A stretch of DNA of 64,000 nt from Marsupella aquatica (taxonomy: Eukaryota; Plantae; Marchantiophyta): contig OZ316893.1 in assembly GCA_973895155.1 (NCBI GenBank), forward strand, positions 26,400,798-26,464,797. The letters are read 5' to 3'. Every line of letters begins with the position of its first letter. Positions within the stretch are counted from its first letter, which is position 1. A program made the translations under genes and the position numbers. Shown here piece after piece: positions 25,140-37,384 of the stretch. A model generated the notes under the pieces. That model searched no databases. It saw only the letters and a list, made by a program, of their open reading frames with translations, and was not told the origin of the DNA.

Positions 25140-26790
25140 TGTACAATTAGGTCTCAATGATTTTGCTGTGAACGACTAACCTTGGAAGTGACTACCCAGT
25201 ATCAAACCCTTATTTGTTCTTTTCCAAATGCTTCTATCCAAACAAATAGAGGCTACTTAAATCTAAAGGTAGAACTAAAGACCTCAAACACACTACAAGA
25301 GGCAGTGAGTCTGCTACCCAGTATCAAACCCCCCTGTTTATTCCCTTTCAAATGCTTCTATCCAAATAGAGGTTATGTAAATCTAAAGATCGAACTAAAG
25401 ACCTTAAACACACTCCAGGAGCCAGTGAGTCTGCCAAGAGTGAATGCTAGGCAGTAAGTGTAGAATAAAGCCTGCAATGTGCAATGAGTGAGTGAGTGCT
25501 TTAAGTGATATTAGCACCAAGGTCTGCCTGAGAGTGGGGACCAGGCACGAAGTGTAGAATAAAGCCCTCATGAGGGAGTGCTTTACGTGATACAAGCACC
25601 TGGGTGGACTTCGTGGCTTAAAGCACCTAAGTGAACTTTGGCTCAAGCCAGGAAGCTAACTAAATCACTGTTGCCCATATTTGTAAGGTAGATGAACACC
25701 CTCAGGCTGGCCTCGAGTGCTTATATCACGTAAAGCGCTCACTCATGAGGGCTTCATTCTATACTTCCTGCTTACAGCACCTGGGTGGACTTCGGCTCAC
25801 GCCATGAAGCTTAACTAAATCACTGTTGCCCATACTTGTAAGGTAAATGAAAACCCTCAGGCTGGCCTCGAGTGCTTAAATCACGTAAAGCGCTCACTCA
25901 TGAGGGCTTCATTCTACACTTCCTGCCTGGTACTCACTCTCAGGCAGACCTTGGTGCTAATATCACTTAAAGCAATCACTCATTGCAGGCTTTGTTCTAC
26001 AGTTACTGCCTAGCATTCACTCTTGGCAACGTAAACCCTTCCTGAATGTTTTCCTTTGTATGTGTGTAATGTTTTCCTTTGTATGTGTGTACAAGGTTAT
26101 GAGGCATTACCCCCGGATGAAGCCATGGAACCCCTGGGCCAACCTGGCCTGGGGATTATGAAATTTGAATGAGAAATAGAGTAAAATTCAAGTGGCAGAC
26201 AGTGACAGACTAGACTTTTCCTGTATAAAACTGGACTGAGTGCTGTTTAAAAATTCACTTAGACTTTACGCTCAGTAACTTAACCCCACTTGGGGATAAA
26301 GGCGGTCACCCCCATGGGCTCAGCGCCCTCGGGGATTACAGCCCATTACCCCCTCTTGGGGATGGGTTACCTTGAGATTCAGTGCCTCTTGTAGTGTGTT
26401 TGAAGTCTTTAATTCTATCTTTAGATTTACATAACACCTATTTGGATAGAAGCAGTTGAAAAGGAATGAACACGGGTTTGATACTGGGTACTCACTTCCA
26501 AGGTTCGTCGTTCACAGCAAAATCAGAGACCTCATTCTACATCAAAGCACTCCTTATACACTTGATTTAAGCACCCGAGGCTAGCCTCAGGGTATTCATT
26601 TACCTTACAAGTATGGGCCACAGTGATTTACTTAGCTTCGTGACTTAATTAAGCCGAAGTCCACCTGGGTCCTTAAATTACGTAAAGCGCGTACTCATGA
26701 GGGCTTTCATTCTACTCTTCCTGCCTGGTACTCACTCTCAGGCAGACCTCGGTGCTATTATCACTTAAAGCACTCATTCTACACTTCACT
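25140..26790. repeat. Nested inverted/direct repeat (foldback) complex
   Basis: 25140-25312 is the reverse complement of 26375-26541. 25433-25600 is the reverse complement of 25870-26028. Direct duplications at 25193-25312/25315-25432 and ~25597-25765/~25777-25920. A further copy lies at 26560-26790. Confidence 0.9.
26031..26371. mobile_element. MITE-like insertion (~340 bp) interrupting the right arm of the foldback
   Basis: The segment has no counterpart in the left arm. Termini GTAAACCC...GGGTTAC. Its last ~90 bp are homologous to modules ending ATGGGTTACC at ~45643-45744 and ~46122-46219. Confidence 0.5.
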
Positions 26791-27870
26791 AAGCCTAGCT
26801 GACCATAGCACGTTCGTGGACTCCTCAAATTAAATGGCTGTTCTGATTTGGAAAGGCTGTAAGGTGCTTGTCCTTCCCTGCCACTTCATGAGTCCTCGCA
26901 GTAGCCTATAGTGACTAGCAGGGCGCATATGTTTTAGATGTGAAGGCGTATACTCTAGAGCCATGTTCACATTATCTGAATGTGAGATACATGTAAGTTC
27001 GCCGCTACGTAATGACCAATTTCTCTACGATTACGTGTAGAACAAGTAAAATTCATCATAAGAAGTGGGCAAGGACGTACGTTCAAATTATTCACTCCAC
27101 GTGGTAATTTTATGAATGTCTTTAGATGTCAAGCAGAAGGTCGGGGACATAACATCCTTTGGCAGAGAAGAAAACCTGGCTATCTCAACCATTGCAAACA
27201 GATGAAGATTTCAAGAGAAAACCATTTCATTGAGAGTTCCATTTCATTTAGTTTTCGAATGTGTCTTGAGGCAGCTGACCACACAAGTATACAACAGGTC
27301 CACAACTGTCTGAGCTAGTATGCTCAGCAAAATGACTTTAAAGTTACCTGTGGTGGCGGGAGAGACTCTAAACTAGAAAATTCCAGTAAATGATGAATTT
27401 CTGCAGACACTGCTGCAACAAAGAGCATGGCAAATAGTACCACCTCTACGATGATATCCTAGTCGAACGCCCAGCGACAATCTAACTAAGCCTGCTAATA
27501 ACTCGTAGTCGCACGGCGTAATTGACTTCCAGTATACTTTACATGTGATTCATTTTGTAAGCATAACATGAGAATGACTGAACCTAGAAATCCAGAAAAC
27601 CAACTTGCAGCGTTGGCACATGTCACTGGTTGACAAAACAAACTTGATTTTCCGAACGAAAGCTTGAGGTTTGCACTTTGTCTTGGAGGTGCTGTCATAG
27701 CTTCGAACTCCTTTTGAACGGTTTATTTCCCCAGCATTAGGCGGCTTAATGAAGCCTGCACAGAATCTCGACGGGGAAACGGAAGATGTGGAACTGTACA
27801 TTGATGCAGGCCAGGCAACCTTACCAGTGGTGATGAGGCAAACCAGCTTTAGCCAATGTCCACCAAATGC

Positions 27871-30800
27871 CTACGGACTGTCGATTGGTGAGGCTGGTAT
27901 GAGATCACGACCATTTAGAGAAGGGGGAACCAAACTAGGATCCAAAGTTTGCAGCTGCTCCATGAACTGTGAGCGGCGTTCCTTGAAAAAGTCAAGGCGG
28001 CTAGTAAGTTCAACCAGTGCAGGAGAAGGAGGTGCCGGATGACGCGGAGACGCTCTGGAATTCACACTGACCCCCTGGTATGCAACACCTTCAAAAATTA
28101 CCCTTTAATGCAAGATGGCTGCATACATGCAATGGGGTAGTTCAATACATTGGGCAACTCCATCAAGGATCCCATCAGGAGAAATACTTATACCTTGACC
28201 ACATCTTCTAAAAGATAACTATCTCCCATCCCAACAAGTATTGCGATCCTCACCACATGGAGAACACTGATAGCCCTCTTACATATCCCGAGTCTAAAGC
28301 AGAAGTGAGAAATGTCTTTCTGTAAGACTTCTTCCAATGGCATCCTACTGAATGAAAACCAGTGCTTGCAAAACTTTTGTGGCGAAAGGGACAAAACTAC
28401 GGGAGTCTAGAACTATTAAGCAATGTCACTGGATGATCGGAGTTTGAGTTCGACAGCAAAGCATAAATACAAATAAAACATGGCAGATAAGTTTTAGAAA
28501 TAGTACCTCAACTTCCAAATTGCTCCTCTTCCCACTAGAAGAGCTTGCACCGTCATCACTAGAATACCCACTACCATTGGGCAGTTCCATACCGAGCTCG
28601 TTCAACTTGTTGGTTGCATCACTGAGATTCCCATTATCAGGCTTATGCTGCCGCCATGCAAATTGCCTGCCAGCAGCTGAGGGACCGGCGGGTGGACGCA
28701 ACGTTCTCCAGTCACCTCCTGCAGAACTGTCTACTTGGTTCACAGAAGGTCGCCGTCCACGAAGATCCTGGCCCCTATTCCTCTCTGCCATCAAAGCCTC
28801 CTGCAGAAACCACAACTTGATATCAGAATTTTTTTTTCGTGAGTATACAACTTCCAAAACGCAGGTTGTCCTTCCAATTCACATCAGTGAGAGGACCAGG
28901 GACATCATTCCCGTGGCTAGGTTCAGCCAGCACTCACTTATAGGTGAATCTCAGAGAATCTTGCGCGACGAATCAGCGGTGTAAAGGCTGCACAAAAGAG
29001 GGTATCTATGCCCGGCTCCATAACCCGAGATGCTCAAAGTCATCATTAAGAGCTAAGAGTCTTGACCACCAATCAGACGGACTGAAACTGGCGATCAGAC
29101 AGACTGAAACTGGCAATCACAAGACATTTGAGTAATCTACCTTGGCGTCTGCAAGGGCATTCCGCTGTTGTGCGACGATGCTCTCCAGCGCAATGGTGTC
29201 TTCCTGTCCGCTATGTTCTTCGAGTTGCTAGTAATGACCAGCATATCCCCACACGACAAAATGAAAGTTGCAATCTCAGTACCCATACAAAACAGGATTC
29301 ATCCATGTCACTATTAGAGGATGACTTCGCACACAATCCCTATCTGCTAATCTTAGAGAAAACTTTTACTCAAAGAGGAAAGAGCAAACCAAAGACACGA
29401 GAATACTACTCCTCATACTTGTTATGACATTAATAAGGTCGACAATTTAGAACCGATAACAGCGAAAACTAACCAAATAGCAGCGGGACTGTACCTCATC
29501 GTTCTTCTGCTTCTCTTGGTGACAAAGAGCAAGAGTTATGTCCAGCTCTTGTTGTAACAATGCCCTACAGACAAAGGGAATCAATAAGTAATTAGCATTT
29601 CAAGGATCCTAGGGATGGTATACAATAAGAAGAAACGCTACTAGCATGCTCGAACAACACGATTTGAGAAATCCTCCTTCATCAAACCCAGTATTGAAAC
29701 TGTTGGCAGATTATGAATCATTTTCCATGCAAGACATGGAATAATGGCGCTAGCCGATTCTTGAGCATGACGAATGGTGACGAAATCGCTGTTTGCGATC
29801 AGCATTAGACATTTCATTGATATCCTTGCATGCAGTCAAACGTGAATACAGCTCGTCTCATGCTGAGTTCTTAACTTGATAAGGAGAGAAACACCAGACG
29901 CGGACTGTTTCATAAATTGTCCTTATTTTAGTATGGACAATCAAGATGCTCATCTCTTGTATACACGCCCTAACCTTAGGCGGGTATTAAGCTTGGATTG
30001 CCAGCTACAAATTACACTCGTGACGGTAGGAAATAAACCCTAACAGGATTGAAGGTCGACGTAGTCTGGAAAAAATGGCTTGGAAATAAACCGCTTGAAA
30101 ATTGGTGGCAAGGGGAACTTACTGTTGGCTTTGTAGATTCCTCACACGTTCATGTCTCTCAGAAGCGTCTGTGAGAGAGCCGCCTTGCTGCTGTTTTTGC
30201 AAGCTCAGTTGCAGGTGCAGTTCGGTAACTTTCTGTTTAAGCCTTGCCACATCTGCTTCCACTGTTGCAATCTCCTCCAGCTCCGCACGTGTCTGTACAG
30301 CATTAATATCCAACAGTGAAAAGTGAAATCTGTGTCCCAATATCCAAGAGAAATCGCTCGAACTTCATCTTTCAACCTCAACTAAATTACCATCGAAGAT
30401 ATTTTACTTTTCTTTACAACCTGACTCAATGATAGGAAAGCCTTCCCAACCCAGAATGTAACACCCACATAATTCACATCTCAGCAACCAGCTTCAGTGC
30501 ACGTACAGCTTAGGGACGGTCAATACCTTGGAATCCAAATATTGTGCACTAGACATTTGCGCGGCTGACACGCTCAGTCCGGCTTCCAATGCTGCTCTCA
30601 GGTCCCTTTCCATTTGTAACTGACTTTGCAACCTAGTAACCTGAAAGACCGGGAGACCAAAGTTGTAGCTCAAAGTGAACCCCAATATACACCACAGGAC
30701 ATAACTACGAACTCTCGAACATTCACTAATCAGGTTTTGGCGACTGAAGCGGAAGCGACTGATCACCTCACATCTGAGACATTGGACGTGAGGTTATATT

Positions 30801-33800
30801 CAATAAAATCTTTGAGACGCCAAACCAGATAGGGTGATATGTCAGTTCTTACTGTTCTCAACATTCGTTAGCATTCGCGCAAATGCGGAGATAATTTCAA
30901 TATAAAGACGAGTATTAAAGAGAGCGTCAGAAAGTTTACATCTTGCTCAAGAGCTAAGCGCCGATCTTGCAGAGCTATTTTTCGTCTCTCCAGCCTTGCT
31001 TGTAGATCTGCAGTCGCTTTTGCCTGTCGTAGATCCAGCAACAAAGCATTTTAAGATTAATATCTCAAGCATCTTATAGCACATTTTCTGCACACACGTC
31101 TCACGATAAACCATTTTGGCACATAAACTGCACAGGAAAGCGAGGCGTGAATATCAAAGGTAAGCAAGCAACTGCATCTCTCGCACAACTTATAATCCAT
31201 ACCTCTTTGGCAAACTTATTGCGCAAATCATTACGTGTAGCTTCAAGCCTCTGGATTGCACGTCTGTCGACATCAAAAACCAACGTCAACTCCAGTTTTA
31301 CCTCCCATCACACCCAAAGCCTAACCAATGCCTAATATATTCTAAAGAGTCATCAATCGTGATTGCCTGACATATATCCTCAACTGAAGAGGATAAAAAG
31401 TACAGGAAGGTCACAGTCAGCAAGCTCCATGCTCGACCGTTTAGTTGAGTCAACAAAGATCTTGACTCTTCCTGAGACAAGCCTAATTAGCTACATTGGG
31501 ACTTACTCTTCTTCGGAGGAGTCTGTCATATCCACAGCTGAAGTTTTGGAGCTTGACTGTCACAAACATTCGCAACAGCATATTATGAGTAATCTGATCG
31601 GTGTAGACCAAAAGATATAGTCAATTGAACAAGAAAATACAATTGACATAAACAATCCGTCAAGTCTCCGAATAATTCACTGATAATATGCACTGAAATG
31701 TATTGACTCTTGATTGGGTGAGAGGATTTACAGTGGTTATCCCCCAAAGAGATGTTCGCCTGCTTGTTGCTGTTGAGGCATGACCTTTCGTCCTGAGAGA
31801 GACACCAGAACCAGGACCCGGGCCAGGTGGACCTCCTGCCCCAAGCCTGGGACTAGTCACTGGAGATACAGAATCCCAAGAATGTTGATTGAGACCATGG
31901 GAGCTAACATTCAGACCTCCCCCATTATCATGGTGTGTGGACCCTGAGCCTGGACGATCATGATTTCCACGAACCGATCGTGCCCATCCTTTTGATGCAG
32001 GCTTTGCCCTGGATACTCCTTTAGGTGACTCGTAATCAGAATCACCACCTTCATACACCTGAGAAGGAGATGAATTTTAGAAGTCATTAAAACATGAGTG
32101 ACGCAAAAATCTAGAACCAAGTGACTTTGCCGCACAGTAACATTGTCCATCTGATTCCTTCTGATGTTATGCAGACAGACGGAGAGTGTACTAGCAATCA
32201 ATAAAACCTTTCGAAGAGAAACCTAGGAAACTGGTTTCTACGTCGGTCAAACGGTTTCTTTATCCTGTTGTCCACCCTCTATGCTCCTAGACTATCAATA
32301 AACTAGGTAATAAAGAGAGAGACCTAGGCTTCGCGGAGCAGCCAGCAACTCCGAGCTATATGAACTACGTAGTCGATGCCTATCAGACAATCCATGCAAG
32401 ATTATGCCATAACAGTTTACATAGGAACCCTCCCGAAAAGTGGACAATCATATGGGCGGGAAGCCAAGACTCTTCCGAAATATACAATTCACACCCACAC
32501 AACAGACCTTATAATCGAACACGTCACTCTCAACATGGCCACTGCTCTCGCTTAGTCCCCCGCTCATAACGCGATCAAAATCTTCATCCACTTCAAGGTC
32601 ATTCTGAGCATCATGGTAACCATCGACCTCACGGAGTCCAAGAACCCCATCTTCCTCCGATTCTTCATCACTACCGCTCCCATCCATATTAGCAAACATA
32701 TTTGGTGATTTAGGGTCTCGAAGTGTATCGTCCTGGATGCATATATGGTCAAAAAGTTGATCGGATCAAGTCAGAACAATGAACAACGACAAACCAGGAA
32801 AACAAGAGTGTAGACTATTCTCATCTAGCAGAAGGAAGCGGTATTCTCGCTCTCTGCGCTCAACACTGAACACTGAACACTGAACACTGAACAGAAGACC
32901 TAGCTATACAAGTCTGGAACATAATTTACTACCAATGAGAAGGACAGACCTCAAATATATTATCATACTCCTCCAGCAGGGTTGTAACAATTGCTTGTGC
33001 ATTATTGGCAGCTGTTGTCGCAGCAAGGAGCTGAGCAGCATTGTCCCCACTTATGTCAGACTCATCATCGAGCCCACATTCACCTGCCAATAAAGGCCGC
33101 AGGAGAAGAGGAGCCATACAGGCAGCCACAGCAGAGGGTGTCATCCGATTCTCAGCTGTATGTGACGCCACTGCCCGCATCATCCGTAAGACCCTGGAAA
33201 ATCCCACCACATTCTGATTCTTGGGTTTCTAAAGATCCAAGGCAACACACCTCGTTCTAGAAAGTTTGGAGGAATATAAATAGAAGTACCCAGATAATGT
33301 CATACTAGAAATTAAGTTGACACGTACGATACCTTTGCAATAGACGGCGATTAGGCTCTGGAAAAGTGTCAGCAACAGCGATACGCATTGCTGCAACCCT
33401 AGCTTCCTTCCCGTCCAGTCCTAGAAACGAACACCAATTATTTCATTTGGTCTCAATTTGCTAAATTGTTACATCTAAACATACTGTCCAAATCTGGAAT
33501 GATCAGATAGCGTGCTCATGCATGAATGCCTTCCAGAATGAAAACCCTTGGCAATCGTTACTTACTGTGGGCTTCAAGAAAAGCCGTGCAACAAGGAGTG
33601 TGTACAGGCGATGATGGTAATTCTCTCAAAATATGCTGTGACAAAATTAGAGCAGCCATCACAGTACCATCAGTGTAACTGCAATGGGATAAATTTTACA
33701 AACAAATCTCAACTAGTCTGCTTACACTAAATACATCTCGACCGGTCACCGATAAGGTTCAAGTTTACCTCGAAACGTCCAGAGAAAATTCGTATCTTAC

Positions 33801-36800
33801 GCAAGCACTTCAAAAATCGAAATTTCTCTGTTTATTTCTTGGAAGTTGTCGTGTAATTAGTACCAAAAGAAGAGAAGATTCTGGCAGTCTAGCAAGTGTG
33901 ATACATCTCAAGTTGTCAGCAGCTTCCGATTCCCATACCTTAACGCAGTCTCCAATGACATGGGCATCTTCGTCAGGCCCAAACTGAGTATGCCCTTGTT
34001 CGTAGTCACGTACGCGACGCTCAACCTCATCAACATCTGCTGACTGTCGCAGTATACCTTCTACGCCCAGACCTGCTCACGACCCAGGCAACAAATTACT
34101 CACCGTCTCTGGATTCGATAACTTCCAAATGACGAGAGGTTTCAGCAGTTCAGGATCTTACGAGCTGTAGCCAAACTCATAAGGTGGACATCTGAACTAC
34201 TGGCCGCATTATTCCCGTATTTTGGTTGGAGATTGCTTCGTCAAGATATTGCAAGTAAAAGGGCAACTAAGCTCCTTCAAGGATAATTCTCAATATATTA
34301 ATTGAAGAGTGCTTTAGCAACAAAAAGGGAAAATACGTTATTGACAGCAATATTGTCTATAGTTTGGTTGAAAAGTGGGTTGCAAAGATATTATAAATAG
34401 GAGGGGAAAAACGTTCTCCACTGCATCCTTTCCAAACATACTGGTTGAAGAACGTTTTTTAAACATATTCCAAGTAGAAGGAGAAATAGAGGTACACACA
34501 TTCTCCCTGTGAGTGCTACTTTCTATTACATAGTGAAGACATTACATTTTCACTAACATAATAGCTAGCAGCAGAACGTGGCCAACCTTTTGCAGAAAGT
34601 GATCATAAGTGAAGATAAGGCTAAGTGCGCATACCGTAAGTCTCTAAGAAGCAAAGAGCCTTCTCCAGGAAGGTAGGGCTGCCGTCAATGTGTTCCAATG
34701 CTAGCAAGATTGGTCTTCCGACAACGGCTGATTTCACACGGCTTCTCTCACGCCCTGTACGAAGTCAAGGTGATAGCGAACACACATCAAAATCAACAGT
34801 ATTGATTTCATCATACACAGCACAAGAAATTCTATGCTGCCATCCAAGCCATTACAACATCGTACTGCAGAGACAGCACAAATTTTACTATTACCTCAAA
34901 CCTAAAAGGGGCCCCTCATGGAACAAAAGTCAATTATTCCCATTAAGTATCTGAAGCGCGAGTGTAAACAAACGTTACCTTGATCAGTTGACCCTTCCAT
35001 TGCATCGATTGAGTCATTCCTAAAAATGCCATTATTGCCCACAACCAGAGCTGCATTTGGTGCTACAGCCAGGGCCCGTTCAAGTGCAACTTTCCACTCA
35101 TCAACATCATCCACAGTCTCTGCCTGTAGCATAGTATATCCACCGATCACCCGTGTTAAAAACTACCAACACGAGTGACTTACCGGTAAGAACATTGACA
35201 GCATGATAACGAGTGTTCCACAGCCAATCACGTCAAAGTTCTAAACCGCACAAGCAAGTACCACAAGAGCTGGACCCGCCTTTATTTAGGACGTCGCTGA
35301 TATTACTCATGAATAAGCGTCTATTATAGGTAGGCACCTGGTTTGCATATGCTAGAACTGGAATCCTTTCTAGTGTTAAAAGTAGGGGTGCACTGTACCT
35401 TGAGAGTGACGGCTCGGCCATCGGGAAACAGCATCGTCAGTTTCTTGGCCGTTCCCACAATCACGCTGAACCATGAGGCAGCAGTGGTGTAGCACACATT
35501 TCATGCAAAGACCAACTTTAGGAACCAGCTCCATGGGGAACTCCGCGTTATAGTATATACAAGGCTGAGAAGCAACTAAACCAAGTGCAGGACATGAACT
35601 AGAGAGCTCTACATACTGAAACATAATTGTCACTAAACTTCGAAGAGAAAATCTACCTGCCAGAATTATTCAAATCAATGCCTCCCACCAGAGTATTGTG
35701 CGAATCTCCACCCTTCGGTGGAACCACAGTCTGCTGATGCAAGACAGGTAAAGATTAATTCCGAACCAGGATTATCATAATTGCTTTAAAATGCCCTGCC
35801 CGGCAAGGCTGGACGTCGAGAGTGAGGTCATTGATTCTCAAAGTATTTTGCGGACAAGACGGACACAGAACTACAGAATCAAAGACAGATTGTGTAAGCA
35901 TGTAAGGATGCACAATGTACATCTCTAGTTAGAGACATCAAACCATGTCCTACAGGAAGGATCAGGCTACTCCTGCAGCGCCAACACAAAGACCTTGCTG
36001 TGCTCACTTCTACTAGCCACAGTTTCAGCTGTCAGTTGAACTCAGGATGAAAGGGTTCCTTTGACCGACAGCAACGTGCTCTAATGCTAAAATTACAAAT
36101 CCCACAGCTGCACTGCTACATCCAACAACACAATCTGAAATTCACGCACTTACAGGATCATTCTTGTAAAAAACGAGGGATGTCCGAGAGAGAATGAACC
36201 ATCGGCGCTTCCAGGACTTCCAGCCCAAACCTGTGGTGATAGGTCAGTCAAAAACGTTTAAAATTCATCCCTACTACCACAGTGCTTAGGCCACTGGCTC
36301 TTATTCAAATGAATGATACACACTTGGCCAAAGGAATCTCTCCTGAGTTCAAGAATTGCCGATCGAGCATATAAAGGCTTCAATCATCACGATTATGTCT
36401 CATCAAGACAGGACTGGCTCTTATTCAAATAAATGATGCACCCTTGGCCAAAGGAATCTCTACCGAGTTGAAGAATGTATTGCCGATTGAGCATGTAAAG
36501 GCTTCAATCCTCACCATTATGTCTCATCAAGACAGGACATTGTCATTACCCAACAAAAGCTCACGGTTATTTCCCAGCCCCTATCATACTAACTGAGAGA
36601 GCCCTTTCGTGAGATTGGAAAATGTGATCTGGAAGACAATGGTTCACTGCCTAATTAACACTGTAAAGAATCTTCATGAGCTAACTGCTCTGACGAGGAC
36701 CTTCTTACTGCTCTTCTCAATCCCAATTCAAATGTATCAAGGCTAGAGGTAAATTCAGCCATACCTTTGGACGAAATGTAAAGCGGTCCACTCTTGAAAA

Positions 36801-37384
36801 CCTGCACTCAATTATTTTAAAAGAAGATGAGCAACTAAGAGGGTAATACGCAGTCAATCACTCGAGATTTGAATGCACAAGGAATAAATTATCGCCACGC
36901 AGCCAAGTGAGAGCACACTTGTTATGGAAAACATAGAAGACTCCCAAAATACTTCCATGCACGAGGGTTTCAGTCTGCTGGCTACCCATCAGTGACTGAG
37001 CTTGCTAGTGGATCTTCAAAACGACCGAAGTTCATTCACATACGAGAGGCCTACTTACTCCTAACGGCAAGCTTCCCCCTCCGCATTGCAAAAATTCCCT
37101 GCTACGACAGCGTTGCAGAACTTGTGGCGGATAAATATAGGAGCTTTTGACGCTAGCTCTTAAGGTGCAAACTCTTCGATGGGAAACTATATCTGGTGGC
37201 GGTTGCTGACGCAATTTCAAGGGAGTGAACCTCACTTAACCGATGTGGACACCACAAAGCTCATCAGCAATCCAAATACTAAACATCAGACCGGCGGAAC
37301 GGACTAGTGGAAGATTGAAGGACATACCTGATTTGCGCGGCCACGAGGCCGCTCGTAAGGGGCAAGAGTCACAGTCGCTGACAT
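27871..37384 (-). CDS. REN: REN-type ROP RhoGAP (PH + RhoGAP + coiled-coil/Lzipper-MIP1), ~932 aa, 22 exons
   Basis: Exons 37384-37328, 36801-36765, 36230-36154, 35730-35657, 35465-35399, 35123-34979, 34754-34635, 34072-33939, 33635-33566, 33420-33333, 33193-32950, 32732-32508, 32058-31732, 31556-31507, 31263-31203, 31023-30940, 30640-30527, 30292-30123, 29564-29495, 29227-29141, 28800-28507, 28074-27871. GT-AG, total 2799 nt. Motifs: PH VFKSGPLYISSKGLGWKSWKRRWFIL; GAP VGRPILLALE..DGSP.FLEKAL...EGILRQSAD, ENRMTPSAVAACMAPLLLRPL; LEQDV.RLQ.QL..ERDLRAALE; C-terminal LTSRLDFFKERRSQ. Exon 20 (29227-29141) is the least certain. Confidence 0.92.
36293..36537. repeat. ~120 bp tandem duplication in REN intron 2
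   Basis: ACTGGCTCTTATTCAAAT...ATTATGTCTCATCAAGACAGG occurs twice in direct orientation. Confidence 0.9.
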
